A stretch of DNA of 64,000 nt from Trypanosoma brucei (lineage: Eukaryota): contig CP000069.1 in the NCBI GenBank assembly GCA_000002445.1, forward strand, positions 1,024,001 to 1,088,000. The letters run 5' to 3'. How positions within the stretch are numbered: position 1 is the first letter of the stretch; each line of letters starts with the position of its first letter. The notes beneath the pieces are model-generated. The model was not told the DNA's origin. It saw nothing but the letters and a program-made list of their open reading frames with translations, and ran no database searches. Both the position numbers and the translations under genes were made by a program. Shown piece by piece: positions 35,101-44,310 of this stretch.

Positions 35101-35749
35101 TGATCATAGGGGAGGGATCAGAACACGTGACGCGCATTTGGCCCAACTTTCCCACAATCGATGCACAGCTATCATCAACAGAAAGCAACTGATGAGCAAT
35201 GGCATTGGGCACATCGTCGCCTCCCCTGTGATCACTGGATAATTGAGGAGCAACAACATCCCGCGGTTTCAAATCAAGCTCACCATCAAGATTGTCAGTC
35301 CTTATATACACTATAGGATTCGTTGCAGCCAGTACCACCACGTCACACGGAATATCTTCGCCTTCGCGAAGTAGGATCACATCTCCAACCCGAATGCTGC
35401 GGTTCGTGCGTGTCTCCCATGTCATTGCTTCCCTGTTGAGGACTTTCCGTTCTTTCTTGTTGTATATGGCATCCTGTTTATGACGCTTAATATCGTCCCT
35501 TGCCGCCTTTATTGCAGTGAGGGAAAACGTCAGTGCCAGTGGCAGTAGGGTTGAAAGCGGATTGACCGGAGCAACGATGGAAATAAACTTTAGTGATGCC
35601 ACAAGTAAGAAGTAAAAGTTCACCGGACGCCGAAACTGCTCATAAAAGTTCAGAAACAAGAAATTCCAAACGGTGTAGCGGCTATTCGTGACTTTGTTAT
35701 CGCAAAACGCCGCGGCTGTCGAACCATCCAACGGAGCTACGATTCGCAT
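32159..35749 (-). CDS. P4-type ATPase (aminophospholipid flippase)
   Basis: 1196-aa ORF; ATG at 35747-35749 checked. The P4-specific N-terminal motif is FCDNKVTNSRYTVWNFLFLNFYEQFRRPVNFYFLLVA. The phosphorylation site is DKTGTLTQN. Further motifs are TGDKVQTA and the hinge GDGGNDVAMIQEAQVGVGI. Ten predicted TM segments have P4 spacing. Confidence 0.9.
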   Translation of the reverse strand: MRIVAPLDGSTAAAFCDNKVTNSRYTVWNFLFLNFYEQFRRPVNFYFLLVASLKFISIVAPVNPLSTLLPLALTFSLTAIKAARDDIKRHKQDAIYNKKERKVLNREAMTWETRTNRSIRVGDVILLREGEDIPCDVVVLAATNPIVYIRTDNLDGELDLKPRDVVAPQLSSDHRGGDDVPNAIAHQLLSVDDSCASIVGKLGQMRVTCSDPSPMINCFDGVAEFFFSRSPAAETVAANNSAPMRVSLSENNILPQSCVLKNTKTAICLAVYTGEDTKCCLNKRNPKVKWAQIDRDISKYAIFVFIFQISCGFLFGAVGYLMNKNVEKTYWYLPMTTGEDGLAFGIYTLRFFLLTTVFIPISFKFVTDMSKYYFALVIENDVAMHHDGEWCNVRNSSIVEDLGQVDYVLSDKTGTLTQNVMEFLFATINGERKCLAPVEAEEVQVSCGEHVLHFGRVLSLCNTVEVVYDDVSQEMTQSGLSTGCGAVGTMRYQAASPDEVALCNGCEKLNVRLVARDATTAAVEVNGIKEEWFVHYVFAFASEFKTMGVIVEEKSTNAIYYFVKGADDRILEMALDENSSTGGPQWGKGERMSSKAAILAEVEHYAVFGLRTLLVAEKRLTRNELDEFLEKVREAELSMNNRKEEIYKLRLEMENSVTILGVTAIEDKLQDHVPETIRSFLQAGIKVWMLTGDKVQTAEQIALTCSLCSPGDCVLRVLADKLDAFESWEGYMESLLQFSKGVMMDVQYGDAGFPTGSSSDPAVGEKVCAMGMMQKRNGSVTTETNESADVNPLSTGSSYVLVIEGGQVLERILTTPSLLKLLTELSENCASVICARTTPKQKAAVTRLVRSRGFITLAVGDGGNDVAMIQEAQVGVGITGREGKQAARAADFSISRFSDLRSLVFVHGQLAYNRTAFVIKYSFYKSVLIGIIQLVHNIFHTHYSGGSFWDGFGLTLWNGLYSLPQTMLYCLDRKVPRRVLEQTPALYKVTRSGVDLGVCQFFGSFIFRGVFQSILAYFLVLSVHGTGFASPNDAGQSAKDVAFTLTYAILILLQVVTVLMESHTVTALNAIFIFGMPVVYVAANMIYSSLESFYYYGVWKKTTDIVSFLTCIAVVSALVVPVLGVLTLIKIWRPDPRDVMRSAELRRQANDPLAVEKRASVSRLSRCLWCVPEEPSTYVTVVLADDELTIRNANSV

Positions 35750-36923
35750 TGAACAGACGTGTCAACCACCACCTCCGCACCGTACCGGCGTAAACTGCAA
35801 CAAACGCCCAGGTTCAAGAGTGCAGGAATAACGTACTCAAGAGACAAACAGCAATTTCTTTTTTAAAAAAAAGGCAAGCACAGTCAAAGAATCGAATACT
35901 AATGACAGAAGATATTTGCGCTCCGATACTTATTTTTCTGTGAACTTTACTTTTACTACAAAACATAAAGAATAGTAATAAAAACAAACAAAAAAGTAGA
36001 TATGAAACGTAATAAAGGAAACAAGGGCACTCATGGCATTGACAACGATTACAGTGTCATGCAAGAAAAAACAAAAGTCTCCTACCTTTTTAAGGCTAAT
36101 TAAAAACAAACCACACACACACCTTCAAAAATATATATAATTGAAGTACACCACACTATCAACGACAATGGCGAGGAGATCATAAGAATTTTCTCGAATT
36201 TCTCTTGTTACAACCTCACGAACGTTTTAAACGACAACATCGTGGATAATAAAGGTAAAATGACCTTTTTACTTCCCTTGGGAATTCCCATATCCCAAGA
36301 GACTTCCATGATATTTACAAGAAAAAAAAAGCAACCACATCACAGATAACATTCGGGTGTTATGAATCTTATAGAAATAAGCAGTTAATTGATGCTCTCT
36401 AGTACCCTTCAGAGAAAAAGGGATAAATTTGGCGAACAAAAATATCCCCATACTCGAGAACCGCATTCATGACCATTTGATATGGGACACCGCAAACACA
36501 CACACACACATATATATATATGCAAGAACATGTGATACACCGCTTCTTTCCCGTTACGTTTCCCTTTTATGTTCCCTTTTGGCATCCTTTCAACGAGATG
36601 TCAGTCATCACATGCGGGAAGTAAGACCCTAAGAATTTGCCAAACTTCTCTAAGAATAGAATGTTGGGAAAAGGCAAAGAAGCAAACCTGCACAACGTAA
36701 CCAGCCACACGCAAAACAAGGGTAAATGCTCGAGCGTACGCTTGGAAATCATATTGTATGAGAAGCAGAAAAAAAAATAACGGGAAACAATACACTGAAT
36801 TTTTATAGAAGTGCACAAAATGGAATTCAATATGTTCCCATCGCCTCAGCTAGGTTATAGTGAAGACACGTGAACCGCAGCTCTGACACGCATGTCACAA
36901 AGAATTTGTCTCCCCTCCCACAA

Positions 36924-36944
36924 CACACACACACACACACACAC
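36924..36944. repeat. (CA)10 microsatellite; another (CA)8(TA)6 lies at 36496-36521
   Basis: Direct reading. It sits just 3' of the LRR/IQ gene stop. Confidence 0.9.
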
Positions 36945-36991
36945 GCCAACCATATCTCAGTAACTGCCGTTGCCTAACAAATGGATTCCCT

Positions 36992-39900
36992 TCACCTTCT
37001 CTGGAGCTCTCTTTTGATTCTGAGAGGGTCCTTCAAAAACTCTCGCTGCATCTCTTCTCGTCGGGAGCGTTCTATCTTCTTTTGCCTTCGCTCAAAATGC
37101 GAGGAAACAAACTCATTCAAATCATCGCCGCCGTTCGAAGGTGGTGCACGCTCCACCTGCGGTTGGCTGTCCGGACGTTTTACGGTATCCAAAAGCTTGT
37201 GTGTATTGCTGACACGAATCTGCCCCGCAGAATTCGTACGAGGTGGCACATCCTTATTTGCAAAACTTGTTAAATGACAATCGAATGTGATGTTGAGTTC
37301 CGCTCCGCGGTTCTCCAAAACGCGCTGAAGAACCGCGCCAACTCCGTCGTATTCAGCTGTTGCATCATCGAGGAAATCAAGAGATACCGGCTTAAAATTA
37401 TCGTCATCATCCTCCAGATTAGACTTCATAATACGCTTGAGGCGGGAACGAACAACAGCCCCACGCCACAGCGGTTGGATGGTACGTGCAGCCACTTCAA
37501 GGCGCCGCCTCTGAACATTTTCGTAGGAATTCCTTAGTTCTTCTAGTTCCATTTTGGCCTTCTTTACAAGGAAGCAACCGTACATCCAGTTGCATATGAA
37601 CTTTTTCGCTCTCATTTCCTTATAAGCATTAGCCCGTTGGGTGTAGAGAGCGTCGACTATATGGATATTCCCTCGCACACGGGGCACATGCTCCATCTGA
37701 ATTAGGTGTTGCTCCATCATTTTTGTTGACTCACGACGGTTACGAACTTCCACTCTGTCAGAAAGACGTTGTGTTATTGGATTAAGGCTTTGCTTCGAGT
37801 CGCGTAATCGTTTTTTTAAATCTTCCTCTACGCTTACCGCATCATGATATCGGCGCCTACGTATGGTGCAGAGATCATCCTGCTCGCGTTGCATAGAGGT
37901 AAGAAAAATGTCGCTCTCCAAAGCTTTGAACAGATCCGCGTAGGTGTCGAGTGGGCCTCGTTCGCAACCCCAACAACTCATGAGACCGCAGAATTGACGC
38001 ATGTGATCTGCTGAAACAGACACTGGCCAATCCCACATGTCAGCGGGTTTATCTTCTGTGACTCTCCATCGGAGCCGGCGAGCGACACAATACGGCATAA
38101 GAGACGAGAACTCCTCAGTTTCAGATATCTGACGGTGCCCCTCCAACACCTTTTCATTGTTCAACTCGGAAAGGTGCGGAAACCACGCAAGCAGTTTGTT
38201 TCTAACTTTATCCAAATTCTTTCCCAAACTGTTATCGTCCATTTGCCTTGCTGAAAAGGGGTTCTCATTCACCGACAGCACCTGTACCATCCGGCATGCC
38301 GTTAGCGGCAGCAGATCTTCTATGCGCTGCAACTGGTTGAACGAAAGATTTACTGTGGTGAGCCGTGGGCAGTGCCGAAGCCCGGACACATCGCGTAGGT
38401 TATTGTTTTCCACGTGAAGCACCGTTAGCAGGGGAAACCAGCAGAAGCTCTCGTCAGATAATGCAACAAGAGCATTTCCATTTAAAAAGAGTTGACGGAG
38501 AAAACCAAGCGATAGCGTGGGCGGAACATCTCGAACTTTGTTTCGTGACAAGTATAGGTTCTGCAACAACACTTGATGAGCAATGGGATCTATGGTTTCG
38601 ATACGGTTGTCACTTAAGTCAATAGTTTGCAGCAGGCGGAGCTGCTTAAGTTCCACCAACGATGTGACCAAGTTGCGACTCGCCTCCAAACACTCAAGGC
38701 GCGTGCACTGAGCCAGTGGCAACAACGATTCCACCTTATTAGAGAATATAAGCAGCGTTCGGAGGTGGTACGAGAGGAGTTTACCCACAGCTTCAACATT
38801 ATCAAGCGCATTTGCAGATATGTCTAGACGCGTAACTCTCGCTGACTGCGCCACGGAGTTCGCTTGAGCCTCTGAAACACCCCGGAGTGGCGCGACGCGA
38901 CACCTAATATCACGGATTTTATTATCGTTTACATTGAGGCTACGAAGCGAGGGAAACACCCGCAACGCATCATCAAGCTGTAGCTGCTGGAGCGCGTTAC
39001 CACCCAAGTCGAGTTCCTTCACGTAAGAAGTTATCGATGTGGAACCTGCCTCTGCGCATGGCACTGTGAGAGTTGCAAGACTAGAGAAGTCGATATCAGA
39101 AATGTGCTCCAAAGCAAAAGACAACGAGTGACAGCGCTGCGCAACATCACGAGCATCAAGCCTCCCACCACCCAAAGCGAGAGGCTGAAGCCGCCTGGCA
39201 AGTTGAGCATTCAAACAGTTACTTGTATGACCATTTAAATTCGTGTCTCTGTCGCCCAATAATGGTGTTGAATGATTGTTTGCAGTGGAGAGGGAGCTGG
39301 AAGAGCCTGCCGTTGCGGGTCGGCTTCCCGGTGGTGGCTCCACTCGACAGGAATGTGAATCATCAGCACGTAACTGAGTTTTAAGTAGGTCCAAAGTATC
39401 GTTAATATCCTGATGGTACTCTTTCAACCATTTCTCTCCAAAGCATCGTTCCATTAAAAGCATTTTTATGCGAAGTGAGTTGCCAATACCAAGTTGAGCG
39501 GCCAGACCTGTTTTTAGAGCAGATAAGGATTCACCACACGCCTTTAGGGTCTCAGACGAGCGTCGCCACGATGCCTCCGTTGTGAACGTGGCGATATTCC
39601 GAGTGTGGAGAATCCTGTGATTCTGATTACCACAACTTTCCATACTGCCATTGCTGCAGCCCAACATTGAATCTGATATTTTCTGCAAGGTTTTTTTGCG
39701 CAGGGATCGAAGACCCTGAAGTGCACGTTGTGCTTCCTGATACATTTCACCAGCGACCTCCTCCTCCCTTGCAACTATTTCACAGCGGATGTGTTCATGC
39801 TCCTCCATAACCCGACCGAGATCTGCTTCCAGTGCCTGCCGCTGGCGAGTAACTTGCACCTGAGTAACCGCTGCAACGTCATCTCGTTCCTTCCCACAAA

Positions 39901-41440
39901 GTTGCTGAAAGGATATTTCTTCCTCTTCGACAATTTGTCTTTGCAGTGTTTCCTCGCGTCGTATAAAGTCTGCGATCGCGCTCGCCAAGGTATTTTCCTG
40001 CTCCTCAAGACGACGTCGCCACTCCTGGGCGGCCTTAAGGTCTTCTTTTCCCATTAGCAATGTCTCCCGCTCCTCGCATATGAGCCGAAAGCTTTCGCGT
40101 CCAGCCACTTTTCTACTCCGTTCCGCGCTAGAAACACACCGCTCCCCAACCGCTGTCACGTCTACACTTTCTCCTTCCATGGCAAGAATACCACGAATCT
40201 GCACTTCCAGTTCTCCTGGGGGTAATAAATCATCCACCCGCTTTGTGAAACTCTCAAACACAAGCCTACCATGATTCGCTCGTGGAAGCTGAAGCTGCTG
40301 CTGACGCTCTCGATGATGCAACTCCAGCTGCCTTGATGCAGCTGCCTCTAAGTCGCTGTCCCTCGCCTCTATAGTTGCAATGGATTGCAGTACCGTCGCT
40401 TGTTCCTCCTCCCAAGCAGGAGAGGCATGTATGCACATTTTTTTCTCATCTTGTTCGGTAGAAATTGTGTCTAAATCAAGCGCACTTGCAGAACTTGGCA
40501 TGCCTCCATTACGTATCAACTTTGGTGCATAATTAGGGTCCACTTCCAATTGGGTGACACTTTCTGCTCGCTTTTCACAATCCCTTACTGCGTTGTCCCA
40601 TTCCAACAGAATTTGTTGTTCCTCCAGTGTGGGTCCGTACTCAAAGGAAAAAAGTGTTTCCCCCCCTTCATAATCACGTTCTTCATCGATCACTTTCCTT
40701 TCTTCTCCAAATGCTCTAATAGCCCTAATTGCTGAGAGACTTACACTGCCGTCATCATCATCATCATCATCATCACTAGAGTCATCATCCCTTTGAACTG
40801 GGTTCCACAGGCGCTCCTCTTCTTCAAATGCGCGATTCCTCTCCATCAAGAATGTTTCATCCATTGGATCTATATATTGCTTCTTCCGACTTGCGAGAAA
40901 GCGATCTGCTTCCTCCAGCATTCCATCAAGCTTCTTTAAGAGTTCTGTGTCGTCGTTGGAGCGTAAACATGAACGCGTCAAATTGAACATATCCAAATCA
41001 TCAATGCCTAAACCATCATCCATGACGTTCCGCGTTCCATACCTTAACGAACCATCATCAACGGGTCCAACCGTCAGTGATACGGAAGAACTTTCACCCC
41101 CAAGCAATTTATTCACCTCTTCCAAAAGGGGTTGAGCTGTGGACGAAGATATAATGTCTGTATAGTGCATCACTACAGACTCAAGAGGCCATGTGTGATC
41201 CACATCAGCAGCAACGGGCTTCTTTCCATCGGCATCGTTTTCGACTTCAGCCTCCGTTTCCGCGTTGGTTCCTGTGAGGAAAACGTCTCGGCCGCCATAG
41301 TCAAAGACACTATTGGAAACAGCTTGGATGTCAAGCAGATCATCAAATGGGCCGCTAGCGCCATACTCCGCGAGAAGTTCGGCAACTTCCTCAGGCGTCA
41401 TCCCCCGCAATGACTTTCGTGGGGGATCCGAATCATCCAT
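36992..41440 (-). CDS. large leucine-rich-repeat (SDS22-like LRR) protein with IQ motif, coiled coils and poly-Asp tract
   Basis: 1482-aa ORF; ATG at 41438-41440 checked. About eight tandem 22-aa LRRs occur, for example LDISANALDNVEAVGKL, LDLSDNRIETIDPIAH and LYLSRNKVRDVPP. The IQ motif AARTIQPLWRGAVVRSRLKRI lies near the C-terminal region. There are extensive E/R/Q-rich coiled coils and an acidic run DDSSDDDDDDDDG encoded by a (GAT)8 microsatellite. Confidence 0.8.
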   Translation of the reverse strand: MDDSDPPRKSLRGMTPEEVAELLAEYGASGPFDDLLDIQAVSNSVFDYGGRDVFLTGTNAETEAEVENDADGKKPVAADVDHTWPLESVVMHYTDIISSSTAQPLLEEVNKLLGGESSSVSLTVGPVDDGSLRYGTRNVMDDGLGIDDLDMFNLTRSCLRSNDDTELLKKLDGMLEEADRFLASRKKQYIDPMDETFLMERNRAFEEEERLWNPVQRDDDSSDDDDDDDDGSVSLSAIRAIRAFGEERKVIDEERDYEGGETLFSFEYGPTLEEQQILLEWDNAVRDCEKRAESVTQLEVDPNYAPKLIRNGGMPSSASALDLDTISTEQDEKKMCIHASPAWEEEQATVLQSIATIEARDSDLEAAASRQLELHHRERQQQLQLPRANHGRLVFESFTKRVDDLLPPGELEVQIRGILAMEGESVDVTAVGERCVSSAERSRKVAGRESFRLICEERETLLMGKEDLKAAQEWRRRLEEQENTLASAIADFIRREETLQRQIVEEEEISFQQLCGKERDDVAAVTQVQVTRQRQALEADLGRVMEEHEHIRCEIVAREEEVAGEMYQEAQRALQGLRSLRKKTLQKISDSMLGCSNGSMESCGNQNHRILHTRNIATFTTEASWRRSSETLKACGESLSALKTGLAAQLGIGNSLRIKMLLMERCFGEKWLKEYHQDINDTLDLLKTQLRADDSHSCRVEPPPGSRPATAGSSSSLSTANNHSTPLLGDRDTNLNGHTSNCLNAQLARRLQPLALGGGRLDARDVAQRCHSLSFALEHISDIDFSSLATLTVPCAEAGSTSITSYVKELDLGGNALQQLQLDDALRVFPSLRSLNVNDNKIRDIRCRVAPLRGVSEAQANSVAQSARVTRLDISANALDNVEAVGKLLSYHLRTLLIFSNKVESLLPLAQCTRLECLEASRNLVTSLVELKQLRLLQTIDLSDNRIETIDPIAHQVLLQNLYLSRNKVRDVPPTLSLGFLRQLFLNGNALVALSDESFCWFPLLTVLHVENNNLRDVSGLRHCPRLTTVNLSFNQLQRIEDLLPLTACRMVQVLSVNENPFSARQMDDNSLGKNLDKVRNKLLAWFPHLSELNNEKVLEGHRQISETEEFSSLMPYCVARRLRWRVTEDKPADMWDWPVSVSADHMRQFCGLMSCWGCERGPLDTYADLFKALESDIFLTSMQREQDDLCTIRRRRYHDAVSVEEDLKKRLRDSKQSLNPITQRLSDRVEVRNRRESTKMMEQHLIQMEHVPRVRGNIHIVDALYTQRANAYKEMRAKKFICNWMYGCFLVKKAKMELEELRNSYENVQRRRLEVAARTIQPLWRGAVVRSRLKRIMKSNLEDDDDNFKPVSLDFLDDATAEYDGVGAVLQRVLENRGAELNITFDCHLTSFANKDVPPRTNSAGQIRVSNTHKLLDTVKRPDSQPQVERAPPSNGGDDLNEFVSSHFERRQKKIERSRREEMQREFLKDPLRIKRELQRR
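40752..40776. repeat. (TCA/GAT)8 trinucleotide repeat inside a CDS (encodes an Asp9 run)
   Basis: Direct reading. It is in frame within the LRR/IQ protein gene. Confidence 0.95.
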
Positions 41441-42023
41441 AGGCTGTGGAATTGCTCCTCAAGCCCAGTGTTTCAGTACTTACCTTCGCACAAGCACGGA
41501 CATAAAGAAAAGAAAAGACAACAAATATTTAACGTTTTTTCCTCCTCTTTAATTCTGAAAAAAAAATCATAAACAAACATAATATGAACGTGGGCGTTTG
41601 TGGGTATGCTTAGCCACGAAAGAGTTCGTCCAACACGACGGATCCGCATATAGGCACACTTCCACGCATCATTCACTTTACAAATAATTACGTCCCTGAT
41701 ACTTTAATTAAGCAGTGGAGTATCACCTTTTTCTTCGTGCGAAGAAATTTAAAGTACAAAGTGTGTTCACACCCCTCCGTTACCCTAACGTGAAAAAAAA
41801 AATGTATCAAAAAATCGTCTTTACACGTTTTTTTTGTGGCACCCCTCTTTCCTCCCCTTAAAAAATGAGCGAACCCGATAATTCACTACTACTTCACGTA
41901 AATCTAAATATTCTATGAAATAGTAACCTCATTACCAAATAACACCACAGAAAGATCAGCTGCTACCCCTTTTCGTTCCCGCAGAATCGCTTTATACAAG
42001 GGTGAAAACATTTTTTTTTGTAA

Positions 42024-43925
42024 TCAAGCCTCCAATGCCCACATATCGGCTTTGGTTAAATTAACATGCGGTGCTAAGACATCCACATCAGCTAGAGGAA
42101 AAGATGTTGAGTGGGAGGTGAGAAGTGGCGGAAAGATTCGACGGAAGCCGCGGCAGTACGCCAGTTCATCCTGCAGGCGCAACCACACTTCTTCCCTCTT
42201 CTCCAGATCCCCCAGTTGTGTGGGATTATAATGGCTCCGGTGATGGCCCTTCCAACGATGCACCGATTCCGCAGCTTCTAACGTAAGAGAGTCGCACAAT
42301 CCCATAGAGTGTAGACGTTGCTCGTCAATTACCCCCTTGAGACACTCCAAGGGCCGCTCAAAAGGTTCGATCATGGCGAGATTTAGTAAGTCAGAAATAA
42401 TGTTGGTTTTAACGGTATAGTCGAATGTAGATGTACTGGCGAGAGATGGTAGCGTATTGACTTCAACAAGCCATGGTTTCAGACTCGAATCTAACATCAT
42501 ATCGAAACCGTACAACTCAAAAAAGCTTCCAGGTGAGAGATTGCTTTTAACTCCTTTCGACATTGTTGATTTGACAGCTAACAGTGTTTTTACGATTACC
42601 TGTGCAATACTGTTCCACACATGGTCAGACGTTCGCATTTTCGGTGGCTCCGTGGCACAGATTGTTGACACCGACCGCTGTTGTGCTACAGGGCATAGCG
42701 AATCAATATGGTTCCAAAGCTCTTCCATGCTTTTCTTCAAATGTAGTGCTTGAATATCACGTCTTTCTTCACTTGCAATGAGATCAGCATCTTCTAAGTT
42801 CTCTTCCGAAGATCCAAATTGCTTCCCCTTCTTTACCCACTTACGTCCAATTGAGTAGTTCGTCAAGTCACGAAATGGGTCAAAATGAGACAAAGAGACC
42901 TCCACAGGGTCACATCGGGTCGCCTCATCGGGTGCGCCTTCGTTATACTGTTGAACGGCTAATCGAACTAATCCCTCATCGTGAAGGTACACCGTAAGTG
43001 GGTCATAACTAGTAACAGCAACGTAGAGGCGAAGATCCATCTTACGCCCCTCCAAGAGCAGTGGGTCATCCACGTATTCCTGCACCACATAACTGCGGTT
43101 CACCAACGATGGGCTCGTTAAGACGCGTCGCTCCATCTTCTCCAGAACACGCTTCCAATGCACGGAGTTCTTTTCCCCTCCGGGACAAACAAATATACCT
43201 TTTCCACAGCTTCCCCTCGCAGGTTTCCAAATGAAGCGCTGCGTGGGTCTTGCTTGATCCATTGCCTTCATGAGAGATTCTTTCTGCTCGGGGAATATCC
43301 ATGTTTGGGGGAAGAAATCAAATACGTCTCTCTTCACCCCTTCCCTTTCAAGTGACTTCTTTACACGGTGAAGCCGTTGCGCCAAACCCAGTTTACAGCC
43401 GAGTGTACTGTAGGTGCGTGGAAAGTGATTAAAACGCTGATGTGCACAAACCATCTGCAATGCTTCGGTGCTGCTCACTCCTTCTACACCCATAATATGT
43501 GGAGATGTGAGTTGGACAGCACCTCCAGTGTTCCCCGCGTCTGTCTTAATGGGTGCCGTAGGCCGAATCATCAATGAGCGCCCCCAGAGTAGATTACTGG
43601 GGATTTTCGGCGCTAAATGTGTGTGGAGTCGTTTGAATCCAGCCTTCAACAGTGGCAGACGTAGGGCATAATATTCACACGAAGGAGACGTTATACAGAA
43701 CATTGGTGAGGCCGTGCTGAGCGAGGGTGCCCTATAGGCGTAAGATGGGAGATGATCCCTCATACGTGGAAAAACGAAGCTGGGTTTACGGTACTTACTT
43801 CGACTTGGTTTCAGGTAAATGGGCTGTTCCGCTGGTACGGTGTCTTGCTGCTCTGTAGGCATAACAGACGCCCCCACCGTTGGGGATGCGCATGGCCCTC
43901 GCAGCGATCGGCACAGTTTTATCAT
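42024..43925 (-). CDS. tubulin-tyrosine-ligase-like (TTLL) ATP-grasp enzyme
   Basis: 633-aa ORF; ATG at 43923-43925 checked. TTL-domain motifs are FIWKPARGSCGKGIFV, YVVQEYVDDPLLLEGRKMDLRLYVAVTSYDPLTVYLHDEGLVRLA and FELYGFDMMLDSSLKPWLVEVNTLPSL. Confidence 0.85.
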   Translation of the reverse strand: MIKLCRSLRGPCASPTVGASVMPTEQQDTVPAEQPIYLKPSRSKYRKPSFVFPRMRDHLPSYAYRAPSLSTASPMFCITSPSCEYYALRLPLLKAGFKRLHTHLAPKIPSNLLWGRSLMIRPTAPIKTDAGNTGGAVQLTSPHIMGVEGVSSTEALQMVCAHQRFNHFPRTYSTLGCKLGLAQRLHRVKKSLEREGVKRDVFDFFPQTWIFPEQKESLMKAMDQARPTQRFIWKPARGSCGKGIFVCPGGEKNSVHWKRVLEKMERRVLTSPSLVNRSYVVQEYVDDPLLLEGRKMDLRLYVAVTSYDPLTVYLHDEGLVRLAVQQYNEGAPDEATRCDPVEVSLSHFDPFRDLTNYSIGRKWVKKGKQFGSSEENLEDADLIASEERRDIQALHLKKSMEELWNHIDSLCPVAQQRSVSTICATEPPKMRTSDHVWNSIAQVIVKTLLAVKSTMSKGVKSNLSPGSFFELYGFDMMLDSSLKPWLVEVNTLPSLASTSTFDYTVKTNIISDLLNLAMIEPFERPLECLKGVIDEQRLHSMGLCDSLTLEAAESVHRWKGHHRSHYNPTQLGDLEKREEVWLRLQDELAYCRGFRRIFPPLLTSHSTSFPLADVDVLAPHVNLTKADMWALEA

Positions 43926-44310
43926 GAGAAACTCGGATACAATATTATGTTGTATCTATAAGAGCTGACACGCCACTTTGAACCTAGTGAAAAGAGGTGA
44001 TGATATGGGCGTACAAAGAGCGGATGATATGTGAAAATAAGTAAGTCCAAAAATTTAATTAAATCATTACACTCATCTTCACCATGCACATTTCTTTACA
44101 ACATTCACGAACGAGTAGAACCAAAGTTCCTCCATAGTGTAAAAGGAAAAAAACAAGTGTATTTGCCTCTTTAAAGTGTCCCCCACTTGTCGTACTGACA
44201 TGTGTTTATAACTGCACGATTAAACGAGAAATCAAGCGAAAGTGAAAACAGTAGCCGTTGCAGTTGGCGTATCCCGTGGTCCGTAAAACATCATCCACTT
44301 TCACATTTTT

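Noticed and set aside
40752-40776. The (GAT)8 or poly-Asp tract as a frameshift or pseudogene indicator in the LRR/IQ gene
   Set aside because: The repeat is in frame and the 1482-aa ORF is uninterrupted on both sides. Acidic runs are common in such scaffold proteins.
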